From Octopus vulgaris (Eukaryota): a stretch of DNA of 64,000 bases. Shown here one piece after another: positions 26,444 through 37,722 of the stretch. The stretch's first letter is position 1. Each line of letters starts with the position of its first letter. Location of the stretch: contig OX597816.1 of assembly GCA_951406725.2 (NCBI GenBank), forward strand, positions 117,490,001 to 117,554,000, written 5' to 3'. The notes beneath the pieces were generated by a model, which saw only the letters and a program-made list of their open reading frames with translations, had not been told where the DNA came from and ran no database searches. A program made the translations under genes and the position numbers.

Positions 26444-27206
26444 TTTTACTTGTTTCAGGATTGCGGCCATGCTGGGGCACCGCTTTGAAGAAGTTTAGTC
26501 GAACAAATCGACCGCAGTACTTATAATTTTTTTGTAAAGCCTGGTACTTATTCTATTGTCACTCTGTTGCCGAACCGCTAAGTTACGAGTACGTAAACAC
26601 ACCAACGCCAGTTGTCAAGCGATATTGGGGGACTAACATACACACAAAGACACCCTCCAAACACACATATATCGTTGCTATTATGTTAAACTGTCGGATA
26701 TCTAAATTTGGCTAAATGTGTTTTTTTTCAATATTTAATTTTGCTTGCAGTAGCCGGTTCTTTTGGTCAAACTATCGTATCTCTAGCTACTTTGTCAAAG
26801 TGTAGTACAACGGTTTAGCATTTTTCAAAAGTGTAGTAAGTCCCACATACGCCAATTTTGCAAAAATATTTCTGACTGAAAATATCATACATGTATGGAG
26901 TTACGATTTTATGCACCCGACAAAGTTTCTGTTGTAAAAGCTAATGTAAAAAGAAATAGAATGGTGAAACTATTTTTTCGTTTTCTGAAAAAGCAACGTT
27001 TTGGACTTACGACACTTTTGCATAATAGCAACAACATGTAAAACGACGGACTTCTTCCATTTTCAGTCTACCAAATCTACTCACAAGACTTTAGTCGGCC
27101 CGAGGCTACAGTAGAAGACACTGCCCAAAGTGCCTTGCAGAGAGACTGAACCTGGAACCATGTGGTTTGGAAGCAAACTTCTTACCACACAGCCACTCTT
27201 GCGTCT
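26444..27206 (-). mobile_element. SINE family A interrupted by a MITE
   Basis: 3' half 26444-26665 and 5' half 27043-27206 are colinear with other A copies. Confidence 0.9.
26670..27036. mobile_element. MITE / non-autonomous DNA transposon with ~32-bp imperfect TIRs
   Basis: gttgctattatgttaaactgtcggatatctaa (26674) versus ttggacttacgacacttttgcataatagcaac (to 27032); internal TIR-like repeat aaaagtgtagtaagtcc. Confidence 0.75.
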
Positions 27207-27450
27207 ATTGATGAAAGAGTAAGACGTTTTAAGTATAAGAATATTCATTTAAATTCAACACTTCCTTATTTGTATTTGACTTTGTAGATTATGAATTAGC
27301 AAGATATTTTGATAAAATCGTAATTCTATTGTAGATTACTTCACCACTGAAGAAGTAGAAATATATTATATGTTTCAACCCCAACACATACACATACCTT
27401 ATGCACGTACAAAAACACATACATATACATACATACATACGTACGTACAT

Positions 27451-27490
<40 letters not shown>

Positions 27491-28565
27491 AGGCTAAAGA
27501 TGGACAAGCATATACAACATCACATCAAAATAATATGTCATATGAACGTAACCATAAATGTAACTACTGTTTCAAAAATTCAGTGACTGGTTGATGCAAT
27601 AATGTGTACTACGCAAACGAGTACGCATACTGATGCAATAATACATATCAAACAAGTAGAAATTATTATAAACACATAAATGTGAAATCTCAATATATCC
27701 ATACAAGAAGCTCAGAAGCACCAAATTCTTTCCTCAGAAGTGGCAAGAATGAGATTCTTCTAGAAGTAGATAGATATTTAAGAACATGGAAATATCAATA
27801 AAAAGACGGAGGAATGAGATAGAGGAGGTGAGCGACGGCAAGGAAGAAATAATGATATTAAGAAAGGTTGCGAGAAGTAGAACAATAACATGCAAAAAAA
27901 AAAAAAAAAAAGAGACGGATTGTTATATATGTACATATGTAGTGTATGGAAGAAGGGGAAAATGTAGCAGAGACGGGAGTAAACAATGAATCCAGATTGA
28001 GTGTAGCATGGGTTGAGAGAACTGCGATCGTCTGAAGGAAAGGCGAGGGCGTTCAGGGAAGATCTGGGAAGTAGCAGGACCAGACTGGAGCAGACGAAAG
28101 TACCATAGGATAGTGTATTGGAGTTACCCTGATCTACGGTAGTGTATCTCTACTACACTAACCTAGGCATTAAGAGATGGTTGGAGGCAGTCAACTCATG
28201 CAATGAAATTTGGTACGACATGACTTTGATATATTCAATATTAAATGTTATATTTAGCCATTTAAAAAAAATTAAAATGGAAAACTATTTCTGTCGACAG
28301 GCAGTTTTATAGTTTAAACAAAGAACGTTGCCTTTATGTTAGAATTTGAACTGGTAGTAGATTTGGTGCCTTGGAACCATAAATCATTTAGGTAGGTTCG
28401 ATATTCTCAGCACGAAATCGGATAATAATGTTTTTTTTTTATATTGGCGCAATCAACTCCCAGCGTATTACTGGTAATTATTTTTATCCACACCCAGTCA
28501 TTTATATATACACATACACACACGTGCTGTTCATGAAATTTTTCCTTCTCTGGACTTTGCCGTTT

Positions 28566-28603
28566 TCCTTCCTGACGAAGAGCTATGCTCGAAACGTTAG
28601 GAA
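28566..28603 (+). ncRNA. Minimal hammerhead-like motif in a PLE-type terminal fragment (~28525-28730)
   Basis: CTGACGA-a-gagc-tat-gctc-GAA-ACGT-T-aggaa with upstream ttcct. Confidence 0.6.
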
Positions 28604-28739
28604 CCTACCCTCCTTTCCAACATCCTGAGCGTTAAATTCACTAATTCCATGTGTAAGTCCACTTGTTTTATTATTGGTATTTTTAATGTTCGATTGTTTG
28701 TTCAAGATTTAATATTCGAGTTTACTATATACATATTCT

Positions 28740-29886
28740 GTAGTTTCAGCTCAGAACTGCAGCCATGCTGATGTACCGCAATTTTGCTACACTGTTATTA
28801 ATGAGAACCACCTCCAATATGTGGTGCTTGGTGAAGAATGGAGTTTGATGTAGCTACCCTCATTTGCACCCCTTGCAGTGATGTAAGTTCATCTGGGTCT
28901 CTCGACAGGAAGAGGTCCAGCTTTGATATAAAAGCGCCTGCATCTACTTTGTGTAGGTTCTTCAGGCTCATTGGCAGAATATTAAAAAAGATGTGGGCCC
29001 CTGAAACCCACGCTGTTGCAGTAACCGGTCCTGAAGCTCGATGGCGTTGCTGGGATCTTTGGCACTATGCAGTGTCGTCCCGTTCTGGCATTGGTGTAGC
29101 TTTCAATGCCAAAATTTGGCACAATTCCTTCCAGGATCTTCCAGATGTATATTACTGCATACCTTTCCAGGGAGTAGAGTTTTAGCTGTTTCAGCCTTTC
29201 CCAGTAGCTGAGCAGTTGCAAAGAGATGATCTTCTTTGTAAATCTTCTCTGGATTGCTTCAAGGTCTGCTGTTAATTTCACACTGGTGGGTGACCATAGC
29301 TGTGAGCAGTAATCCAGGCAGCTGAGGACAAATATCCTCCAGAGGACCATCATGGTTTCCTTATCTCTGGTTCTGAATGTTCTCAGGATCCATCCAGCTA
29401 GTTATCTGCACTTTGTCCTGGTAATATGCACTTGGAAAGAGGTATCATGTCGATACCCAGGTCTTTCACTGATTTAGGCTCGGGGATTGAAATTCCCTGT
29501 GGACCAGTGGACCCTGTAAGTTTCATATTCAGTTTTGGATGCTGGTAGTGCAGGGCTTGGAATTTTTCAGCAATAAACTGCATATTGTTATCCTCAGCCC
29601 ATCTGTAGATTGAGTCCAGCTCCTGCTGCAGATGTGCAACATCGCTGGGGTTCTGTATTTTCTGCGAGACTTTCGTATCGTCTGCGTAGCTAGCAAGGGT
29701 GGCTATCCGGGAAGTTGAGGGCATATCTGAGAGGGCCACTATAAAAAAGCAGCGGTACCAAGACAGTACCCTGTGGAACACAGCTGACTATTTGTGTTTT
29801 CATAGAGGTGGCTCCATTAGTCACTACTGCCTGACTTCTATCTTTCAGACAGTCATATAACCACTCTCCAAGTTTTCCAGCTATGC

Positions 29887-29888
<2 letters not shown>
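28740..29888 (-). mobile_element. CR1-group LINE, 5'-truncated, RT C-terminus plus 3' UTR
   Basis: VPQGTVL..LF..ALSDMP...YADDTK...LDYCSQLWSP...LEAIQRRFTK...SYWERLKQLKLYSLER; several frameshifts. Confidence 0.93.
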
Positions 29889-29961
<73 letters not shown>

Positions 29962-29964
<3 letters not shown>

Positions 29965-30502
29965 TTGTATAAAGATGTATACACAAAGAGAAGACCTATG
30001 GCAGGAAAAAAATAATTCTAAAAAATAATTCTAAAGGCACGTCGATAAAGCACTAGAATGAAAGGAATTATTATTTTTAGCTAATTCCATACTCGAATTT
30101 CTCTATTAATGAACAAATTAATTTGTCATCCGTAGTTCATCAGTGGGATCGCTAAGATAATGCATAATTATGAAGCTAATACGTACCGAGAAAATTGATT
30201 TGAATCCATAATGTTGTAAGGATGCAACTCGCACGTATTTTTTGGTACGTATTAAGCTACATAATTATGCATTGTTTTAGCGATCCCGCTGATGAACTAT
30301 GAAAGACTAATTAATTTATTTGCTCATTAATAGAGAAACTCAAGTATGGGATTAACTAAAATAATAATTCCTTACATTCTAGTGCTTTATCGACGTGCCT
30401 TTAGAATTATTTTTTTCGTGGTTTGGGTTCCACTGCCCTTTTTAGCATGTAAGAAGTCATGCTATGGGTCTTCTCTTTGTGTATATATATCTTTATACAC
30501 TC
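29962..30502. repeat. Large foldback (arms ~235-265 bp, ~40-bp spacer) between two (TA)n tracts
   Basis: 29962-30195 is the reverse complement of 30236-30502 (aaggcacgtcgataaagcactagaatg / cattctagtgctttatcgacgtgcctt). Confidence 0.9.
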
Positions 30503-30596
30503 TTATATATGAAAATATGTTGTCTTATGATTTTTATTGTGCATGCGAACTACTGGTAATTAATTATTCTAATTTTTTACCCTTATGATTTACACA

Positions 30597-30677
<81 letters not shown>

Positions 30678-30683
30678 CCTTGT

Positions 30684-31251
30684 TTATAGAACAAACATTA
30701 CATTTTTGGATCAACGACTTTACATACAACACCACCCCTCAAACATATATATAAATCACCATGGTTCTCAAACACATAAAAAATAATGCGTATATATAAA
30801 ATCACAGAAGGTAAAAGTATATAATCGAATAAAATACAAATAGAAAGGCCTATCAAAAAGTTAAATATAAACTACCAAAAAACCTAATTGAAAATATTAA
30901 ATAAGTAAAAGTAAAAATAAAATATAATAAAATGTCTACCGACTAAAAATGTTTTATCAGACGATTAAAATACTAATAAAATTTTTAAAAAAAATTTCTT
31001 TAAAAATATTTGTAAAGAAATCTTTCACTTCCCTCATACAAGTATGTCCAAAGTTCATAAGTAAACAGACTTCCACATGTTAAATTCACATACATCTTGA
31101 AAAAAGTCTTTTACTCCCATCTCACAAGTATGTCCAAAAGTTCATGATAAGCAGATTCACAGGTCAAATTCAACATTGACATATATCTATGGTCATTATG
31201 AGTGGTGTTGTATGTAAAGTCGTTGACCCAAATTTAATGTTTGTTCTATAA
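30684..31251. repeat. ~52-bp inverted repeats enclosing an AT-rich spacer with an ~85-bp tandem duplication; (TA)n flanks
   Basis: caacgactttacatacaacaccac / gtggtgttgtatgtaaagtcgttg; acaagtatgtccaaa appears twice (~31038 and ~31123). Confidence 0.8.
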
Positions 31252-31354
31252 CCAATGCTTATCTATCTTCGTCTCATATTTATATTTGAGCATTTCTTTC
31301 GCAGTCCTATAAACCCTTTTGTTTCTATAAAAAGGGACAAATATTATTTCTTGT

Positions 31355-31394
<40 letters not shown>

Positions 31395-32300
31395 CATTAT
31401 ATATATACACACACAAGCGAAATCTAGTCTCTATTGGAACGTGGAACGCAAGGGGACGGATCTAAGTAGCGTAATATCCAGCACTGTGCTATTTCTTCAC
31501 TCCAACAATTCAATAAAAAGAAGAAAGATAATTTTAAATACCTCTTAATGCATATCAAATATTTGAAGCCGAAAATGCTGTGAGAACTTGAACAAATGTT
31601 AACAACTTAACTAGATCCAAAAACAGAACAAGTAACCGTTTTTTGTCGACCTCGAATAAGACAACAAACAATTCATTACATTTGTCCAAAGTCTCTTACT
31701 GTCGGCTAAAAGCAATAAGTTTAAGTTAATATGCATTTAAAATTTTCCATACTTGCTGATCAGTGTAGTAACAAATAATTTAAAGAATAAAGATATTTAA
31801 GTTTGGCTAATGGGGAAGTTTGCAGTCAGTTGAATCGACCCAGGCACTTGACTGGTACTTAGTTTATCCACCTCAGAAGGATAATAGACGACGTTGTCCC
31901 TGGCAGTAACTAAATACCAGAAGACATATATGTTCAGATTTATAGCAAGAAAGGTAAACTGAAAACTACAAAATTCTTGCTTTTTATTGCGATGGAAGGA
32001 TATTCGAAATATATAAGAAAACAGATTGAACTGAGAATCGAATCCAGATCGCGAAATCACTTCATCGAAAAGTTATCAAAATGCACAGCAGTAAGCAGCG
32101 GAAGCAACACCAGCAGGCAACAATAGTAGGTAGTAAACAAGAAGAATATAATGGTTACTAGAAAAATGTGAATTATATAGATGCCCGAAGTTATCCCATA
32201 TTTCAGTCCAGGCAATAATAAATGAAAACATCTGTCCCCACCAGAAAAGATAAATACTGCTACTGGTGTTTGCTACAGCTGGTGCTCCAGCTGAGCTGTA

Positions 32301-32301
32301 G

Positions 32302-32363
<62 letters not shown>
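32301..32363. repeat. (CTA)n microsatellite
   Basis: Direct reading. Confidence 0.97.
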
Positions 32364-32364
<1 letters not shown>

Positions 32365-33016
32365 ATATAATAAAAATTATTTTTGTGTCTTTGGTACAGT
32401 TGAAAAGAATCGTATCGCCCTACAGTCATTCATTCCGTTATTTGTGCAACTGTTCAAATATCACCGGAACCAACTTAACATACATTTTTTGTTCTTCCCC
32501 AATTCCTACTTTTCATCAATAATTTATAATAGTTTGTTTTTGTCAAACCGTGCGGAAACTAGAGGCTGTTTAAGAGATGTCAGACATTATAGTTGTTTCT
32601 GCTGTAGGCATTCATTGCAAACAGTTGAATCGATGTTTGCTGTTAGTTTCTGGGTGATAATAGACATCAATTTGTGTCTTAGATGGCACATTGCATCAAC
32701 TAAAGAAAGTTAAACAAAACAAAACTCACCTGACATCGAGTTCAAAGAGGTTGGAAATTGTCACGATCGGCTTTTCCCTTATGATGTTGGCATTCGTATT
32801 CATTATGTCATCTTGAATTCGCTGAGAGCTATGTGTGCGTACAAACACGCACAGATACTCACACACAAAGATACAGACATATAGACACGCTTGTGCACGC
32901 GCACATGCACATTCATGAATATAAGCACACATGTGCTCTTGCATACCGATACATGCAATCATACACTCATACTTAATTTATAAAGTTGTGCATATGTACT
33001 TGGAGCTATATGTACG

Positions 33017-33077
<61 letters not shown>

Positions 33078-33396
33078 GCACATACATACACTCACACCTG
33101 GACATACACACACATATATGTTTACAAATGTATAAACGTATACAGACTTCTTGAAGCATCGACACACACATATAAATGCGCACATAAATATTAATAAATA
33201 GATACAAAATTTTTAAATGCATCAGTACATATGCACACACACACACATTGTCGCACACACACACTCATACACACATACTGATATGCTTGTGTTGCATTCT
33301 TATACAGGTCTTAATGTATACATGTGTAAATATGCAATTATACTTATGCAGTTATAAATTTACGCATACGTATTTATATGAAATAGCACAACGTGT

Positions 33397-33665
33397 GCGC
33401 GCACCTTGGCTCAGTGGTTCAGATGTCGCATTCACGATCGCTAGATCATAGGTTCGATTCCCGGACCGAGCGGTGCGTTGTATTCTTGAGCAAAGCATTT
33501 CATTTCATGTTGCTCTGCGATCATTTCGACATCTAACACTTGACACATTTGACGTGTGGCACGTCTGACGTGTCCACCCATTGAAGCAACATCAATTTGA
33601 CAGAAAGAATGAGCTAATCTACAGTACATACATTTGATCACTATAAACAAATCATTTATGCAGTT
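33397..33665 (+). mobile_element. tRNA-derived SINE family D
   Basis: A box tggctcagtgg, B box ggttcgattcc, then gcgttgtattcttgagcaaagcatttcatttca core shared with 50167, 51465 and 59160. Confidence 0.8.
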
Positions 33666-33676
33666 ATGTATATATG

Positions 33677-34509
33677 TAGAGTGCGATGGGTAAATTGTCG
33701 CCATTTTATATATTTTGTTTCGCGCATGGTTTGTTTTTGATTTTGTCGACTACACAGTTGGGCACCGTCTATGAGAAAAACAGAACCATGACAGTTCACT
33801 CTGCCAGAAATTTGGAAACGACATCCTGTACTGCTTGGCATTCGTACCGGAAGCTCCAATACGAACATTTCGGAGTGTTTGGGTGTCAATCTGAGGACAT
33901 GTAGCGAGAGTGATAAAAATCAAACATCCAGTCAATATCATGGTGTTTGGAGTGATCACTAGTGATGACGACGTTATGCCTCCATTCATTTTCTCACATA
34001 GCCTCAGACTCAACATGGAGGCCTACATCAAGTGCCTGGAGGAGGGAGTGCTGCCCTAGGTCAGAAGGGTGTCTCCTGGAAGACCCTATGTCTGGCAACA
34101 GGACTCTGCACCATTCCACACAAGCGGGAGAACCCAGTCATGATTGTCAGGCAATTTCTGTAACTACACCACATCTGGCCACCTAACTTTCCTGACTGCA
34201 AACCCCTTGTGTGGGGCGCAGTTGAGCGAGATACCAACAAAACTTCTTGTAACAACAAAAGTGAACTGAAAGCAAGGATTATGGCAGCATTCACTAATAC
34301 AAACAAGGAGGCCGTCCAGAAGAATTGCAGAAGATTCCGAAGTGGTCTGGAGCCATAGTTGAAGCCAATGGTGATTTTATTGAATAAATTTACTCTTTAG
34401 TATTTCATGATATTTTTATGCAATATTGGTAAATATATCTGTTAAAATGAGATGTCAGTGTTATTTTCATTTTTGCATAATTTAAATGACAATTTATTCA
34501 TCGCACCCC

Positions 34510-34510
<1 letters not shown>
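33677..34510 (+). mobile_element. Internally deleted Tc1/mariner element, maT (DD37D)-like
   Basis: TIRs gtgcgatgggtaaattgtc / gacaatttattcatcgcac; relic KHPVNIMVFGVITSD..VMPPFIF...YVWQQDSAPFHT...WPPNFPDC..VWGAVER. Confidence 0.8.
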
Positions 34511-34561
<51 letters not shown>

Positions 34562-34590
34562 GCTCGCATGTATATATATATTTATTTATA

Positions 34591-35830
34591 CAGGGTTTGG
34601 AGAAAATAATGGAAACACCTTGAAATTTCAAACAAATTTATTTCAATATGAGGTCGGACCAACTTTGGCAGTAATTACAGCTTGAATTCTCCGAGGTATG
34701 GACTCATATATAGTTTGAATTGTTTCCTAAGGAATTTTTGTCCATTCTTCAGCTTAAAACAGTATCCAGTTCTTGTAGTGATGATGGTAGAGGATATTGA
34801 CTCCTTACTTGTTTATCTAAAATGCACCATAAATGTTCTATAATATTGAGATCTGAGGACTGTGGTGGCCAGATAAGATGTTCAACTTCACTAGAATGTC
34901 CCTCGGGCCATTCAGTAACAACTTTAGCTGTGTGAATTGGTGCATTATCATCCTGAAAGATTGCGCTTCCCTCCGGAAACAGTTCCGCAACCATAGGATC
35001 AATTTGATCAGATAAAATGCTTATAGAGTTTTGACTATTAATTCTGCTATGAAGGGAAACCATTGGGCCGGCGGATTTCCGAGATATAGCCCCCACCCAG
35101 ATCATCACAGATCCTCCTCCATGTTTAGCAGTTGGAAGGAGGCAGTTTGGGTCAAATGCTTCTTTTGGGTGCCTCCACACATATTCTCGGTCGGTGGTCA
35201 GAAATAAGGTAAAGGATGACTCGTCTGAGAAAATAACATTCTTCCACTGTTCTAGGGACCAATTCTGTAGGTTTTTACTCCACTCTAAACGCTTTGCAAC
35301 GTTTGTTTTTGAAAGTAATGGTTTTCTGACTGCAGCCCTCCCATGAAATCCGGCTTTGTGTAGCTCCCGGATAACAGTTTTTGTGGAAACTGGCTTTTCA
35401 AGGTAGTCAATTAAGCTCTGCAGAAATTTTGGGAGCTGTACTTTTGTGATCCTTTCTAAAAATTCGCGTAAGAGTCCGACGGTCTATATCTGAAAGTTTT
35501 GGTTTTCTTCTGGAGTTTTGTTTCGACGAGGAGGTTTTTCCCTCTTTCTCAAAGGCTATCATTACTTTCGAGACAGTACTTTTTGATACACCTAGCGCCT
35601 GCCGTACGAGCACCAACAATTTGATCGCTTTAAATCTGCCATTTAATGAATTTTAATTACCTTTTTCTGATGATATCTGAAAAGAAATAGCAATTTTAGC
35701 AAAAATTATTAAGCAACACTAATAATAAATAAGAAAAAAACATAAAACTAAACAAGCTTTTGACGGTTTTATAGATATTTCACAATTATGATGCTATGAT
35801 GCTAGGTGTTTCCATTATTTTGTCCAACTC

Positions 35831-35833
<3 letters not shown>
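34591..35833 (-). mobile_element. Tc1-family DNA transposon, 1243 bp, 30-bp TIRs, TA TSD, disrupted DD36E transposase (34643-35642)
   Basis: cagggtttggagaaaataatggaaacacct / aggtgtttccattattttgtccaactcctg; motifs FSDES, KHGGGSVMIW, QDDNAPIH, DLNIIE. Confidence 0.95.
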
Positions 35834-35902
<69 letters not shown>

Positions 35903-35961
35903 GCATACATACATACATATATTTATATATTCAAAATAAGCAACAAGGATATCCAAAGGTA

Positions 35962-36051
35962 ATGCAGTACGATCGTTTCATGCGACTCCATTTAATTAAA
36001 CAATGCAAGTATTACATCAGTTTTAAAATGTAGAGCAATCTTCAGCTGCAT
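35962..36051 (-). ncRNA. Type I hammerhead ribozyme fold
   Basis: Minus strand atgcag-CTGAAGA-[long stem II]-GAA-acgatcgt-A-ctgcat: 6-bp stem I, palindromic stem III, GUA cleavage triplet. Confidence 0.8.
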
Positions 36052-37509
36052 ATAAATATAGAATTTATATGCAGCTGAATATATTTGTACTATTTGGGGG
36101 ATATATTTGTACTGTTCCTGCTCCCTATAATCGTGCCTTGATTAATATATATACGCTCGCATGTATTTGCATGTATACGATGGGCTTCCACACAATTTTC
36201 GACACAAATTTTACTCGCAAAATATTTGTAAGCCCTTAACTATGAGAGAATACATATGCACCAGACCAATGCGTCACGCAAAGATCGAACCGGGAACCAG
36301 AAGCAACATGGTTTTAACATGAATTTCTATTCTCAATTTGTGTAGGAAAATACATTTAATCTTAGCTTAAGTGAAATTTCGGAGGTAAACTGAAAGATTA
36401 ATGAGAAAATTTATAGCTTACAACTTGGGAAAAGTCAATTCAATTTAAGTTTTCGCCAATAGGACTAACATCACTAGCTAACACAGTTAATTGCTAAGAT
36501 ATTCAAAATGCCTTTAGAATGCACCTAGTTGTGAAAAAACCAACCGAGCAATCAACAGGGACGATAATTATGGAAGTTACCATTCAACATATGCATTACA
36601 GAATCCTGTGTATGTCATGGGTGTGAAAACATATTTAATCATATTGTAAGGAGCATGTTGAAGATAAAAGCGAAACTTAGGTTGAAGGTAAATGTTAATC
36701 AGCCTGAGAATCAAATTTAGATTTAGTTGAAATATTCATTAAGTAAACAATCTGTTGTCGAGTTGGCATATTATCTTGTTCGCCTGTTATCTAAACGTTT
36801 ACATAATCTTTATTTCCATGAGCAGTTTACAGAATTCCTTGCGCTGTTTACAATGGGAGATACAGACAGAAAGACAGACAGACGGATACAGATAAATAGA
36901 GCTAACTAGCTAGCTACATAAACGGAAGAGTGTGTGTATTTGTGACCTTAGCTAAGTCACCTGATTGTTGCAAGATTTCTCTTTAAATTTAAATTTGCAC
37001 ACTGTATGGTGATATTTGTTACAATAATTTGTTTTGGCATCAACATGACCAAATTTGTTGTTCTCCCTTATTAAATTGTCTTCATTCATTTCTATATTGA
37101 TTTGATAAAGGAGGTTCTCTTCCCCAAATCCAAACAAACTTGCAGAATACACAAAGTACTTTTGTAAGGTAGCAACTATGCGTAATAAATTTACGCTACA
37201 TATCGATTAAAATTTCTCTCAGCCTAGACAAGCAGCAGAGGTCTTCTATTTTGCAAACTTAGATATATATTTGTCGCAGAAATTCTGAGTTACTCAAGTA
37301 CCAGTATCTCTATTGATAAGGAGATTTGTGTAAGTGGAACTCTACTGTTTTACATTCAGCTCCGAATTGCTTTTGATAGAACGTTCTTGTCAAGCAAAAC
37401 GATTAGATGAGAAAGAACATAAATAAAACTGTACCAATCCCACTGACTAACGTAGTCATAGAAACACACTACTTAAGCATACTAGCAGCAGCAGTACTAA
37501 TTGTAATAA

Positions 37510-37722
37510 TCCTTTTCTACTATAGCCACAAGGCATGAAATTCTGTTGGATGAGGTAACTCGATTACATCGACTTTAGTGCTCGGTAGGTACTTATTTTA
37601 TCGATCCCGAAAGAATGAAATGCAAATTCGACCTCGGCGAGATTTGAACTCAGACTGTAAAGACAGACGAAATGTCGTTAAGCATTTTGTCCAGCGTGGT
37701 AACGACCTTGCTAGCTCACCGG
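37510..37722 (-). mobile_element. SINE family B
   Basis: Match to the B pattern. Confidence 0.85.

Noticed and set aside
27780-28200. Purine-rich stretch resembling a LINE ORF2 C-terminus
   Set aside because: No diagnostic motif recovered by manual translation
30288-30305. CTGATGA..GAAA in the right foldback arm
   Set aside because: No room for stem II, and the left arm lacks the GAAA
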